Shown: positions 37,791-52,736, numbered from the stretch's first letter. The stretch: 64,000 nucleotides of DNA from Camelus dromedarius (GCF_036321535.1 NC_087437.1:34474001-34538000); one strand, 5' to 3'. Made by a program: numbers and translations. The notes: generated by a model from the sequence alone, not told the origin.

Positions 37791-40700
37791 CTCCCGCAAG
37801 TTTTAAAGTCAGAGTTCAAGCCAATTTTAGAGCCTGTGTTTCATATTAAAGCAAAAGTACTATTATCGAGACAGTGGGCTTTCACTGTATCATAATACAA
37901 AACTAACAAGCAACACAAGTAAGTGACAATACCAAAAACTATGTCCTGTGTCTCATATACAGAAAATAAAATCTGTAAAATGTACTACTTAAAAGATTTG
38001 TTCAATAATAGGTTGACTTCTGACAGAGATTATTTGTAGTCTAATAAATTTGCATTAGTTAAATAAAACCCCGCATCTAAAGAAATGGGATTAAGGTATA
38101 ATAAATGGGCTTTAACTTCTTTTTACTAAAGCAAACTATTAATAAATTATAAACAAATGCTACATATTTACATAAATATTTGTACCACAAAACTTTTTCC
38201 CATTTTAGTATATCTTATTTATTAAATTTGAAGTTTCTAATCATTTGTAATAAAGGATTTATCAAACCAATTTGACACTGTATTTGTGACATAAGCTTTG
38301 GGCTATTATTGCCCACAGAAACTTAATTCGCAAAATGAGAGAACTGACAATCTCTTTCTTATAGAGCAAGAAAGTTTTCTTCTCTTGACAGAAAGCTGTT
38401 GCCTCCAAGGTGAAGATTGAATGAAATAGTAGAAAGACATCAGATGCACCAGCCTGACAGCATTTGCCATGTTTTTTATTGCAAAAAATAAATGCCTTAA
38501 AAGTGGCATTATATATTTGGACATTTTCAAGGCACAACCCCATCTCAAATCAAGGACTTTTATTTCTCTGGGGGTCCCATTAAAGGGGTATGTAAGGTTT
38601 CTTTTTCTAAATCTTTCCTTATCTTAAAAAACAGGGTTTTTATATACTATATGCAAATACATTAATTGCGGATTCACATGACCTACACTGATGCAGTAAG
38701 CTGCCGAAGAATTTCAAAAGGCTGCCAAACTGACCAACGGCTTATTTATAGGCCAAAGACTATCCAAAGGACAAAGGCTGTAAAGGGTGGGGGTACTGAA
38801 TAAAGAGTAGAGTTCAAGCTGATTGCCCAGAATTTTTATATTTCTTTGCTTGTAATATAGCTTCAAAATTCTAAATTCTGGCAAAAGGAGGCAAGAAATT
38901 GTCAAAAAATTCAAAACATATGAATCTTACAGAACACCGAATGATACTTTTAAAAGGAATGTCGATTTTTAAAATTAACAAATAATTACTATGTGTCCAT
39001 TACTGTACTAGGTTCTAGGGATTAAACACTTTCTCTGCTCTGGTTGGGTGTAGAGTATATAGTTCTTTTTACTTAATTTCTAAGTCACTTTTTAATCAAT
39101 ATACAGTTTTCTTTAAAACTTTAAAAACTACTAATTTTAAGATATGATGATGTAAATAATATACTGTATGAAACAGAATGATTTAAATTTTCTAGTTTTC
39201 TTGAGTAAAAAGTTAGGGTTTAGATCAGTAAGGACTCAGTAAGTCTCACTAGAGAAAAATGTTTAAAGAAAATTCTAAAGTTAGTCATCCAAAGGATAAG
39301 GAACAGAATAGTCTGATTTTATTTCATCCAGCCTGTCATTTATACCCTAGGAATATTGATATTTAGGTAAAAGCACAAAAAAGAAAAAAATTAAACAAGG
39401 AGAAGATCTTTTGTGAAGTGATGAGATATTTTAAAACTGGACTGTAGTAATGTAAGCACAACTCTGAAAATTTACTAGAAATCATTTAATTGTATATTTA
39501 AAATGGGTGAGTTTTACACAAGGTGAGTTTTATCTCAATTTGGCAGTTTTTAAGAAGTTATATACACATATCTGATAAGTACAATAGCTATTTAACCCAA
39601 TAAATATAGTAAAACAAATGCTAAAAATAAATAACTACAAAAATCTGTTTTCCCATTCTTTACCTATTTCTCCCTCCTTTCATCTCCATTCTTGATCTCT
39701 CCAGCAGCAGTCATTATGATGCTTATTTATGACTTTGCCAAATAGTATACATGTTGTCAAATTGCATGTAATTAACAAATGAATTTAAAATTTACATTTA
39801 TGACAATAAAGTTTTAAATGCTTAAGATTAAATGCTTGCTCAAACTGTGGATTTATTTCTCAGAGATAGTACTTACTAATGGTAGCAGTAGTAGAGAAAA
39901 ATTCTAATTAGCACTACTAGTAACAGGCAAAAGTCTTCATAAACAGAATCAAGTTCTTCATCTCTGACAAGTAAAAAGATTAATGGAGATGAGTATAAGA
40001 GAAATCTGAAAGAAAACTCATAGTAGGAGGCCAGATTTAACCTTCACAAACTTTTGGAGCAATTTTAAATAATTCTAGGCTACAGACACCATACTTTAAA
40101 ATGATCTACATGTAAATTATAAGCACTGAAACTTAATGTATTAGTATATGAATGTAATTTTTTTAAAAATCACAAAAAATGTAAGAAACTGTTAACAGTT
40201 GTTAACTCTAAGGAATGGAATTACAGTAGAGTTTCACTAACTATTCAATATTCAAACAATAGGAAAATGCATTAAATTCAAAAGTTAGACACGTCTGTTT
40301 GGAAAAGTTAGAAAATAAAGATAAGAAGAAGAGGAAAAAGTTAAGTTTCCAAAGTTTTCTATATTTACCCATCTTGTACAAGGGCTATGTGTGTATGTGC
40401 GTGTGTGTATATATATATATAAAATATAGGAGGAGAAAATACATGCATACATACACGTCGTCTCCCCCCAAGATGAGTTACTACCATGACTAAACACTAC
40501 TCTACTGGTATATGGCTACTAGTCCCAGTTCTACCTTCAATCAATGCAATCTTAGGCAAGTTACCATGTTTATGGGCATTAATTTCTTCATCTGTAGAGT
40601 CAGGGGATTTTAACATCTTTTATTCCTCAAAATTATCAATTTTATCAACTTCAAAAAACAATGTTGTCACAAAAACATTTAACTGCCATTTGTACAAGTT

Positions 40701-41984
40701 ACTACACATGGCAATAACTTCTATGCTCAGAATCCTGAAAAGGCCATTGCTCAAAATTGTAAATAATGAAGTATTTTGTGGCTCTGGTATAGTTGCTCAG
40801 TGTTTTCACATTTTGCATCTTTTTTTTCCCCTTAATTATGCTGCAAATGTTAAAAGGACATAGAAATCTTAGAGTTTTCAATAGCTAGATTTGGTAACAG
40901 ATAATCACCAAACAAATGAACTCTGAGTATATGTGTGTGTGTCTGTGCATGTGTGTTGCTGATGAGCAGGTAATTGGTAGGGAAAGAAAAATGTTAAGAA
41001 ATGACCATAAGTTTGGTGAGACACATATAACCACCTTCTCAGAGATGGGAAATGCTGCAAGGTGAAGTTTCAGAATCACTTATAGAAAATGATTAAGAAC
41101 AAAGTATAAAGAAACCTGTTATACTAATCAAATACATATTTGAGTTTTATAATGAGCAAAAGGGAAGGTACTCCCTTCACTTTTAGAATGAGACCAATCA
41201 AATCCTGGCAAGAATGATCATTTATCTTCAAATGTTTTTGAGTACTTTACAGAAGAAATACAATTTCAGGAACTGACTGAATGACAGGTTGTAGGAAGCT
41301 CAATACATGGGAAAGACACTGGGAAAAATTACAAAGAACAAGAAATAAATGAGATTCAACCAAATTAAGGAAGTCAACACAACTCAAGCTTTACTACCAG
41401 TGAAGAAATCTGCTATCTCTGCTTATCTGGTGCATTCTCAGATTAGAAAACCAATTTATTTTTCCATTTACAAAACAGTATCAGATTAAAGCAAAACAGG
41501 AAAAGCAAGAGATCAAGGAATATTTTCCTTGTATGTTATATACATATATGAACATAATTCAAATTCATGGTTTTGTTACAGAAAAATCTACACAAATAGC
41601 ACTGCAGGATTTTGCAACTGGAAAAAATAGAAATCATTTAAACTATCTCATTTTGTACAGAAAGCCCAGTGACTTGCCCAAGAATAGCAAGGTTCAGATT
41701 ATCCTGGCCTTAGTCCAATGTTCTTTATACTAACACACTACTTTTTCATTCTAGGTCTGCTTCTGTTATATGTCTCTTCAAATAAGTTACTTTTCCCTCA
41801 AAAATTTAAAAAATACTAGCTTTTTTTGTGAACTTATGTTCAAAGACTTCTACAATGGCAACAGAAAACTCCTCATTAAAAGGCAAATCACTGAATTACT
41901 TTACTAAAGCACCATTTGTGAAGCATTAACTCTTAATTACGCTCACATACTAAACAGATGTGTACATCTACACAGAAAGCCAGT

Positions 41985-43050
41985 CATTCATCCAACAAAT
42001 GATTACTGGCCACTATATATGACAAACTGTTCTCAGTATTAAGGCACAGCAGGGAACAAAAGGACAAAAATCTCTATCTTCATGGAATCTACGTTTTACT
42101 GTGGGGAAAGACAATAAAACTAAAATACATAGTCTGTTAGACAGTGATAAATGTTAGAGAGAAACATATAAAGCTGAGAAGTAAAAACCTTAAGATGAGT
42201 GAGCAAGCCATGTGGATATTTGGCAGAAAGTATTCAAAAGGAAGAGTAATTAGAGAGTAAAAAAGGACCAGACATGAGAGAAAAGGAAAAGGCAAAGAGT
42301 TCAGGTGGCTGACATGCAATGAACAAAGAGCAGTAGGAAATGGATGGCCACTGTAAAGATACTGGCATTCACTCTCAGTGAGAGAGAAAGCTACTGATGA
42401 GTTTTGAGCAAAGGAGACATACTCTGACTTAGAATCATTCCAGCCGTTGTTTTGGGAATAAACTATAACTGTAATAATCCAGGTAACAGATAATAGGTTG
42501 GAGCAGAGTGATAGCAGTGGAAATCACGAGATGTGGATTCTGTATATATTTTGAAGACAGAACCTACAAAATTTGCTAATGGATTATGAAAGAGAAGAAA
42601 CAATGAGGGCTTTAAAGGTTTTTGGTCCAAGTAACAGAAAGAACTACAATCTACTGAGATGGGCAGACTGAATGATTAGCAGGTTTGGGGGTAGTATCAC
42701 TTTTGAACATGCTAAGTTGAATAGGCTCATAATGGATCAAAATGAGATACCAAGCAGTCAGTTGATCCTGGGGTTCAAGGACAAGGTTAAGACTGAAAGT
42801 ATCAATTTAGAAAGTTGGCTGTGTATAAACCGTGTTTAAAACCAGGTGATATGATAAGATTGTCTATGGAGTGAGCATAACTAGGTATTCAAAAAATTAA
42901 GAGGTATAAGACTAAGAAGTAACAGTTAGTAAGATGAAAGGCAATAGGAATCTGTGCAAACATGGGATAAAGTTAAAAAATTATTTTTCAAGGAAGTATA
43001 CAAAATTAACTACATCTAATGGAGCTGATAGGTCAAATAAGATGAAGGCT
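41985..43050 (-). mobile_element. L2 fragment
   Basis: tcattcatccaacaaat 3'-end motif followed by degenerate purine-rich L2 body; boundaries approximate. Confidence 0.65.
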
Positions 43051-43530
43051 AAGAATCATCAGATTACTGTATACTTTGTAAAGTAATATGGCCCATCATC
43101 ATAGAAACAGTATTTTCCCCCCTGTGAATTCTGGTCTGTGTCTGTTACCATTTATTCCCATTCCTGGACATTTACACGATGAAAAATACTATTCAAGATC
43201 CAGAGTTGCTAACCCACATCTCACTGACTGTACTATAGTACTGTATCTGAATTAAGTCACAGAACTAAAGGTGAACTCTGGTATCTACAAAACACAGATT
43301 TCTCTGAATGAAAACAAAGCCCAGTCTTTAGCCCTTCCTTGTTCTCCTAAGCCACTCTGCAGGCAGTGCCATTTCTGACTAGGACATAGTATTTCTGGGA
43401 CAAGACTGACTAAATTTGTGTAAACTGGCCATAAGGGTTCCTCTTCTATCAATGCAGTCAATGAAGGAGACTACGTTTTAACATATATATTAACCACTTC
43501 TAAAAGAATGAAAAAAAAAAAAAAAAGACA

Positions 43531-43678
43531 GGGGGAGGGTTATAGCTCAAGTGATAGAGCACATGCTTAGCATGCACTAACTCCTGGGTTCAATCTCCAG
43601 TACCTCAATTTTAAAAAATGAATAATAAATAAATAGATCTAATGACCCCCCCCAAAATAAAAAATTTAAAAAAAAAAC
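43531..43678 (+). mobile_element. Camelid tRNA-derived SINE (Vic-type)
   Basis: gggggagggttatagctcaagtgatagagcacatgcttagcatgc...gggttcaatctcc plus A-rich tail. Confidence 0.85.
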
Positions 43679-43959
43679 TTCAACCACAAAATGTCAAATA
43701 TACAAAGTACAGAAAATCCTAATACACTCATGTATTGGTAAGTGTCACTATTTTGTCACATATGTTTTATTTTTTAAAGAAACAAAAATTTCAAAGTGTT
43801 ATAGATACTGCTAAAATCTCACTCCTCCAATCTCAACCCTCTTCCTCCCTTCCCCTTCTGCCTCTCCAGAAGCAACTACTTTTCTCAAACAATTCTCGTG
43901 GGTGTTTTGACTATATATCAACACACCTGTAATAGTTTTATATATTTAACATTTTAACA

Positions 43960-46900
43960 TAATATTATGCTATATGTATCTTTTTTTAAAATAAACTTTA
44001 TAGCACTTTTAAGTCCACAGAAAAACTGAACAGAAAGTACAGAGTTCCCACATGTTCCCTGCCCCTCCTCCACTATAACATCCTGTACTAGAGTGGTACC
44101 ACTGTGACAGATGACAAACTTATGACACATCATTATCACCTAAAGTCCATAGTTTACAGTAGGGTAATTCTACAGGTTTTGACAAATGTAGCCTTTTTAG
44201 ATTGGTGTCTTTCACTTAAAAGTATATATTTAAGTTTCTTCCATTCCTTTTCATAGCTTGACAGAACATTTCTTCTTGATGCTGAATAATATTCCATTAT
44301 CTTGAATGTACTAGTTTATTTACCTTCTTTTGCATAAATATCAAAGTGTAATGAATGAATTGTATGGTACGAATATGTTCAGTGTCATAAGAAACCCTGC
44401 CAAACTGTCTTTCAATGAAGCTGCACCAATCTGTATTATCACCAGCAGCAAATGAGCTCCCACTGGTCTGAGTCCTCACCAATATTGGTTCTCAAGTGTT
44501 TTTTTCCTTTCTTTTAAATGGTGATAAATACACATAAAATCTACTACCTTAATCATTTTTCAATTAACAACTTTTATTAGAAAAATAATGTTAAATTATA
44601 CCATCTTAATCACTTTTAAGTGCAGAGTTCAGTAGTGCTAAGTACATTCACACTGTCGTGCATTCAATGTACAGAACTCTTTTCATCTCAACAAACTGAA
44701 ACCCTATACTCATTAACAACTCCCTATTTCCTTATTCCCCTGGCAACCATCAAGCTACTCTCTGTTTCTATGAATTTCACTAATCTAAGTACCTAATATG
44801 TGGACTCATACAATATTTGCTGTTTGTAACTAAGCATAATGGCCTGAATATTCATCCACATTGTAATATGTGCCAGAACTTCCTTTCTTAAGTATGAATA
44901 ATATCCCATTGTATACACATACCACATTTTATTCCTCCATTGAGGGCTACTTGGTTTGCTTCCATCTTTTGACTACTGTAAATGATACTATTATGAATAT
45001 GATGTGTACAAATATCTTTCAAGTCTCTTTCAATTCTTTTGGGTATATACCCAGGAGTGGAACTGCTGAATTATATAGTAATTCTATTTTTAATTTTTTG
45101 AGGAATCACCATATCATTTTCCATAGTGGAAGCACCATTTTGCATTCTCACCAACAATGTATCAGGGTACCAATTTTCCATATCTTCATAAATGTTTATT
45201 ATTTGAGGTTTTTTTGGGGGGGGGTTTTGTCTTTTTTAGTAGTCATCTTCATGGATATGAGGTAGTATCCCATTGTGGTTTTGATTTGCATTTCCTTAAT
45301 AACTAGTGATGTTGAGCATCTTTTCAAATGCTTGTTGGCCATTTGCATATCTTCTTTGGAAAAATACTTATTCAAATCCTTTGCCCATTTTAAAATAATA
45401 AAATAATTTTTGTGTTGTTGAGTTGTAGAGTCCTTTATATATCCTGGATATTAACCATGTATTAGATGTGCAAGTATTTTCTCCCATTCTGTCAGATGCC
45501 TTTTCACTATGTTTACTGGGTCCTTTGATGTACAGAAGTCTTAAAGTTTTATACAGTCCCATCTATCTATTTTTTATTTTGTTACCTATGCTTTTGAGGT
45601 CATATTCAAGAAATCACTGCTAAATCTGTATCATGAAGCTTTTGTAATGTTTTCTTTTAAGAGTTTTATTGGTTTAGGTCTTACATTTAGGCCTTTGATC
45701 CATTTGAGTTAATTTTTACATATGGTGTTAGGTAAGGGTTCAACTTTATTCTTTTGCTTGTGGATATCAAATTTTCCCAGCACCATTTGTTGAAAACACT
45801 GTCCTTTTCCCAATGAATGGTCTTGGCACCCTTATCAAAAATCATGTGCCCATATATACAAGGGCTTATTTCTGGACTCCCTATACTATTCCATTGGTCT
45901 ATATGTCTGACTTTATGAGAATATCAGAGTTTTGATTACTGTAGTTTTTTGGTAAGTTTTAAAATCAGGAAGTATGAGATCTCCAACTTTATCTTCTTTT
46001 TCAAGATTGCTTTTGGCTATTTAGGGTCCTTTGAGATTCCATATAAATTTTAGGATAGATTTTTCTATTTCTACAAATAATGTGATTGGGATTCTGATAG
46101 AGATTGCGTTAAATCTATAGACTGCTTTAGTTACTACTGACGTGTAACAATAGTCTTTCAATACATGAATACAGTATGTGTTTGCAGTTATGTTGTGTTC
46201 TCTTTATTTCAGCGATGTTTTACAGTTTTCAGTGTAAAAGTCTTTCTCCTCTTTAGTTAGTTTTATTCCTAAGTATTTTATACCTTTTGATGCTATTGTA
46301 AACAAGTATGTCTCTCAATTTCCTTTTCAGGCTCCACTTCAGGTTGTTCCTTGTTAGTGTATGTTGATTTTATATCCTCCAACTTTGCTGAACCATTTAC
46401 TACTTATCACAGCTTCTTTTCTGTGGGCATCTTTAGGGTTTTCTACATATAAGATCATGTGATCTGCAAACATAATTTTACTTCTTCCTTTCCAACTTGG
46501 ATACCTTTAAACAAAAGGTCTCCTTGCCTAATTTCAGGACTATGGCTAGGACTTTCAGTACTATGGTGAACAGACCTGGTAAATGTGGGTGCTCTTGTCT
46601 TTTTCCTGATCTTACTGGAAAAGTTTTCAGTCTTTCACCATTGAGTATGTTGTCTGCTAAAGCCTTATTTTTGGTCTTTATTACGTTAAAGTAGTTTCCT
46701 TCTATTCTTAGTTTGTTGAATTTTTTTTTTTTAATCATGAAAGGGTATTAAATTTTATCAAGTGCTTTTTCTGCAACAATTAAGATCATGTGGTTTTTGT
46801 CTTTCATTCTGTTAATGTGGTTTATTACACTGATTGAGTTTCATATATTGAACTGTTCTCGCATTCTAGGAATAAATCCCATTTGGTTATGCTGTATAAT

Positions 46901-47320
46901 TATTTTCCTATGCTGTTGAATACAGTTTGTTAGTATTTTATTGAGGATTTCGGCAACATTTTCAGGGATATTGGTCTGCAGTTTTCTCGTAGTGTCTTTG
47001 TCTAGTTTTTGTACCACAATAATGCTGGCCTCATATAATAAGCTTGGAAGTATTCCCTTATCTGCAGTTTTTGGGAAGAGTCTGAGGGGGACTGGTATTA
47101 ATTCTTCTTTAAATGTTTGGTAGAATTCACCAGTGAAGCCATCTAGTCCTGGGCTTTTCTTTGTTGGGAGATTTTTGATTACTGATTCAGTCTCCACATT
47201 AGCTGCAGATCTGATCTGTTCACATTTTCTATTTCTTCATGATTCAGTCTTATAGGTTGTGAGTTTCTAAGAATTTATGAATCTCATCTATGTTATCTGA
47301 TTTGTGGGTGTATGACTCAT
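43960..47320 (-). mobile_element. Adjacent/nested L1 fragments (3' UTR and decayed ORF2 RT region)
   Basis: ORF remnants IKNLPTKKSPGLDGFTGEFYQTFKEE (46841-47197) and ILNGERLKTFPVRSGKRQ (46478-46738), broken by frameshifts. Confidence 0.92.
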
Positions 47321-47902
47321 ATACATCCTTTTGCAATACTCTTTTCTCTATAAACACATGACAAGTAAAAACATTATCTTATATGAGGAAACACCAAAAT
47401 ATGGGTACATAAATAACTACTCACTCTAATAAGAGTTCAATAAAGGAATGATCAGTATGAATTGGTGAATAGGGAAAACTTAACTGAAGCATGGAAGCTT
47501 AAGTTCAACCTGGAAATGTAAATAAGAAAGAGTAAGGTAAGGGAAGACTGTAAGGTTTTTCCAGGAGAGACCCAATAAAAGCAAAAACAGAAAGGCAGAA
47601 CTGATTGTTAAATGTAAGGTGGGTTTACCTTCCTGAAGTGGGAGGAAAGTCTGAGATGAAGTCATATGGATGGAGGAGATATAAACTAAAAAGGTAAGAA
47701 TCTGGTCAGATACTTTAGTGTTCACTTTTTCACTAGCGTTTATGCAACACTCAAATATCTTCAGAACTGAACCAACAGCCTGAAAATATCTAGCTTATTA
47801 AGAAATTTTCACTGACTCTTAGAGACAAGAATCCTTTGAAGGTTTCTGAGCTGAAAAGTGAAAACAGCCATGGCATTCTGAGAAGTCTACCAACTGCATC
47901 CC

Positions 47903-48120
47903 AATGGTTCTCATCTGGGGTGATTTTGCCACTCAAGGGACATTTGGCAATTTGTGGAGACAATTTTGGTTGTTACAACTTGGAGGTGGAGCGTGCTACT
48001 GACATCTAATGGGCAGAGGCAAGGGATGTTGCTAAACATCCTCCAATGCACAGGGAAGTTTCCCACAACAAAGAATTATCTGGTCCAAGATGTCAACAGT
48101 GCCAAGGTTGAGAAACGCTG
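47903..48120. mobile_element. MER20 hAT-Charlie DNA transposon
   Basis: caatggttctca...ggggtgattttgcc...gggacatttggcaat...cacaacaaagaattatctgg...ttgagaaacgctg; about 218 bp with TIRs. Confidence 0.88.
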
Positions 48121-48399
48121 TTGTGTTTTACTATGAGTTATTCTCATGGGAACCCAAATTAAGTCCAAATATATTTGAAAAATGTATGTAAGAAAAAAGA
48201 AATATTCCAAAAGATTAACAGCAGTAAGGTTATGGAGGAATATTTTATTTTTCCATTTTTCTAAAAAATTTCCACAATTACCATGCCATTACCATTTCAA
48301 GAGAAAAAAATTAACTTGATTTAAAAAAATCTGATTTTGTCACTAATTCTAATCATCAAAGTACATGCCTTTTTTTGTTTTTTAAAGTTTCATCTGATT

Positions 48400-49030
48400 C
48401 CCTCAAGTATTTACTTCAGTGCTACTCATATCCCAGGCTCTGTGATGAGAAGAATAGAGTGGTGTACAAAATAGACAAGGTCCATACTCTCAGGGAGCAT
48501 ATAGTGTGATGGGAGAAATTAACATTGAGTTAATACACTAAAAAATTATCATAAATGTTCTTAAGGAAAACAACAGAGGAATTTAACTTTCAGTTAGCTT
48601 GTTCAGGGATGGCCTCACTAACTAAATGATATTGAAGAGTCAAAAGATGAGAAATAACTAGGCAGGTGAAGGAAAAGGGATGGAAAGTAAAGGAAGTGGG
48701 GAGGGCATTCTGACAGAGCAAGTGTGAAGGGCCTGAAGAAGAAAAAGCATGTGTAAGAGTTAGAGAAATTAAAAGATGAATGAGAGTATAGTAAAGGGAG
48801 ACAATAAAGTGAGAGAGGTAGGAGAAGTAGACAGAGACCAGATATGACAAGGCCTTGAAGGTCTCAGAAAGGGGTTTGAAAGCTAAATGTGGTGGGATGC
48901 AACGGAAGCAGAGGAGGAACATGATTTGATTTACATTATTTTTTAAAAGAACCATGCTGGTTATTTTATGAATTAGAGAAATAAGGCAGCCACTGTGGAG
49001 ATGAGATAATGATTTGCTCCAGATTTTAAT
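48400..49030 (-). mobile_element. L2 fragment
   Basis: caagtatttac..agtgctac...ccaggctctgtg...agacaaggtcc motifs; boundaries approximate. Confidence 0.55.
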
Positions 49031-50084
49031 AGTGAGAAGAAAATTAAGAATGAAGTGACATTAACTAAATAATGCCATACTTAAAAGCTTATCTAATCAA
49101 ACTTCTCTTTCTAGGGATATTTTTGCAGGAGCAGGTAAAGGATATTCCTTAACAGGTGACACCCTCTCTTCCTCATACCACAGCTTGGGGTGGTTAGGGT
49201 GAAGGGGAAAAGCCAATCCATAATCTGCCTCAGTTTGTGCAGAGCTTATCAGATCAAGCAGATTCTCTCAGTAATTTAACACAAAAATTACATAAAGACT
49301 AAAAGAGTCATTATCTAGGAAAAATAAAATTTAGTAGAACTAGTGGCTGGCAGAGCAGTAGAGCAAAGTTTCATGAATTCCTACCATCAAGACACTCCTA
49401 CCTGAAGTATTCTGGATAATGTGAGAATTTGTTCTTTAATTTTCTAGCACCCCACCCTTACCTGACATAGGCTGAATAAGGGTATTCCCGGCATTCTTAA
49501 AAGCTTAATCAAAACAAGTATCTGCTAAAGTGGGATTCTAACTGTACAGAAATGGAGGCTAAAAAACAATTATTGTAAAACTTTACTAATGGCATATATC
49601 TAATGAGATACAATCCTAAGTCTTCTCATTCTAAAAATCAAGCTTTTCCACAAATCACCAGGGAAAAGTTACTGGATGCCAAACATTTAGGATGTCCTTT
49701 CTCTTCAAATTTGAGGTGTATTATTTATTATAAAGTTGACTTTAGGAAAAAAAGATAAGGGATTTACTACAACACTAGCTCACAGTGGTTGAATAACCCC
49801 ACAGGGTCAGTCTACAGCAGGATCTGAGAAATCCTGACCTGTTAGAATTTAAAACCATGAGAATAGGAATTCAGCGTGTGTTATTGTCCTAGACTCACTG
49901 CTTACAACTGAACTTCAGGCACAGAAGCTGAATAAATATTTGCTGAACAAATGAATTCAATACAGGGAAGGGTAGATGAAGAAGTGGAAAAAGAGCTGCC
50001 AAGAGTTCACCTGTGACCCTTAGGTATCAGAAAGCTGCTATAATCCCTACTTGTTTTTCTCAATTAAGTTTTGTCATTGTTTCT

Positions 50085-50880
50085 TTTTTTAAACATACAA
50101 CTTTATTTAGATATAACTCACATATTATACACTTCACCCATTTAAAGTGTACAATTCAGTAGTTTTTAGTATATTTACAGAGTTTCACATCAATCACCAC
50201 TATCTAACTCCAGATCATTTTCTTCACCATACAAAGCCCCATATCCATTAAGCAGTCATTTTCCATCTCCTCCTTGTCCCAGGCCTTGGCAACCATTAAT
50301 CAACTTTGTCTCTTTGGATTTGCCTATCCTGGACATTTCATATAAACGGAATTACAGAACATGTGATCTTCTGTGACTGGCTTCTTTCAGGCAACATAAT
50401 GTTTTCAAGGTTCATCCAAGTTGCAGCATGTAGCAGTACTTCATTCTTTTTTATGGTGGAATAATACTCCATTGTATGCATATACCACATTTTGTTTTAT
50501 CACTTGATGGACATTTAGGTTGTTTCCATGTTTTACATATTATAGATAATGCTACCATGAACATTTATGTACAAGTTTTGGTGCAGATGCTTGTTTTCAA
50601 ACCCAAGCATTCTCTTGGGTTTATGTCTAGAACTGCTGGGTCACATGTTAATTGTTTAACTTTTTGAGGAACTGCCAAACTGCATTCCAAAGTGGCTGTA
50701 CCATTTACAATCCCATCAGCCATGAATGAGGTTACCACTTTCTCCATATCCTCACCAACACTTGTTATTATCCATCTTTTTGGTTATAGTCATGCTGGTA
50801 GGTATGAAGTGGTATCTCATCATGGTTTTGAACCTAGTAACTAATGATACTGATCATATTTTTTATTTGTTTATTGGCCC
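50085..50880 (-). mobile_element. Old L1 3' fragment
   Basis: ttcacccatttaaagtgtacaattcagt...ggacatttcatataaa...gatggacatttaggttgtttcca. Confidence 0.85.
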
Positions 50881-51034
50881 TAAGTTTTTTCACCATTTAA
50901 AAATAATACTGTTACTGTTTTAAAGCTGGAGAACAAAAGGGAATTGGGAAAAATTATTCAAGTTATTAAGAGAAAAAAATGTGAACATGCTGATATAAGA
51001 TGTTTGAGAAAACGGCTGATCAACAAAGAACTCA

Positions 51035-52736
51035 CAGATTTAATGCAATCCCTATCAAATTATCCAGGACATTTTTCACAGAACTAGAACTAATAATCCT
51101 GAAATTTATATGGAATCACAAAAGACCCAGAACTGCCAAAGCAATAGTGAAGAAAGAGAACAAAGCTGGAGGAATAACCACCCTGTACCCAGACTTCAGA
51201 CAATACTACAAAGCTACAATAATCAAGACAGCATGGTACTGACACAAAAAAAGACATATTATGGATCAATGCAACAGAACAGAGAGCCCAGGTATAAACC
51301 CACACACCTACGGTCAATTCATCTTCAACAAATTAGGCAAGAATATACAACAGAGAAAAGACAGTCTCTTTAGCAAGTAGTGTTGGGAAAGCTAGACAGC
51401 CACATGTCAATCAATGAAGTTAGAACACACCCTCACACACTATACAAAAATAAACTCAAAATGGGTTACAGACTTAAACATAAGACAAGACACCATATAC
51501 CTAGAAGAGATTATACAGGCAAAATATATTATGATACAAACTGTAGCAATGTCCTCCTAGGGCAGTCTACCAAGGCAATAGAAATAAAAGCAAAAATAAA
51601 CAAATGGGACCTACTCAAACTTATAATCTTTTGCACAACAAAGAAAACTATAAACAAAACAAAAAGACAACCTACAGAATGGGAGAAAATGTTTGCAAAT
51701 GATGCTACTGACAAGGGCTTAATTTCCAGAAAATACAAACAATTCACACAACTCAGTAACAAACAAATCAATTTTAAAAAATGGGCAAAAGACCTAAACA
51801 GACATGTCTCCAATGAAGACATACAAACGGCCAATAGGCACATGAAAAAAATGCTCAATGTCGGTAATCATCAGAGAAATGTAAATCAAAACTACAATGA
51901 GGTATCACCCACACCAGTCAGAATGGCCATCATTAAAAAGTCCACAAATGATAAATGCTGGACAGAGTGTGGAGAAAAGGGAAACTTCCTACACTGCTGG
52001 TGGAAATGTAGTTTGGTACAGCCACTATGAAAAGCAGTATGGAGATCCTCAAAAAGTATAAATAGACTTATCATATGATCCAGCAATCCCACTCCTGGGT
52101 ATATATCTGAAGGAAACTCTAATTTGAAAAGATACATGCACCTCAATGTTCACAGCACACTATTTACAATAGCCAAGACATGGAAGCTAACTAAATACCC
52201 ACTGACAGACTATTCAATAAAGAAGCTGTAGTTGTGTGTGTGTATATGTATGTGTGTGTATATATAGACATACAATGGAATACTCTTCAGCCATAAAAAA
52301 GAATAAAATAATGCCATCTGCAGCATCATGAATGGACCTGGAGACTGTCATACTAAGTGAAGTAAGCCAGAAAGAGAAAGAAAAAATACCATATTATATG
52401 TGGAATCTAAAAAAATTATACAAATGAACTGACCTATAAAACAGAAACAGACTCACAGACATAGAAAACAAACTTGTGGTTACCAGAGGGGAAAGGGATA
52501 CATAGGGAGTTAAAGATTTGCAGGTACTAACTACTATATATATATAATAAACAACAAAGTCCTATTGTATAGCACAGGGAGCTATATTCAATACCTTTTA
52601 ATAACTTATAGTGCAAAAGAATATGAAAAGGAATGTATATACATACAATTGAATCACTATGCTGTACACCAGAAATTAACACAATATTGTAAACTATGTT
52701 TCAGTTAAAACAATAAATTAAAAACAACAAAAACCC
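51035..52736 (+). mobile_element. 5'-truncated L1 (ORF2 C-terminus, 3' UTR, A tail), relatively young
   Basis: RFNAIPIKL...[34 protein letters not shown] remnants; near-perfect TSD caaagaactca (51024-51034) / caatgaactca (52737-52747). Confidence 0.93.

Noticed and set aside
38375..38415. + strand acceptor/18-nt/donor pattern ttctcttgacag|...caag|gtgaag resembling the TRIM59 acceptor
   Set aside because: Antisense to KPNA4 with no + strand gene context and a weak donor; likely coincidence
51380..52030. 216-aa ORF as a novel gene or active L1
   Set aside because: Frameshifted, 5'-truncated L1 ORF2 remnant
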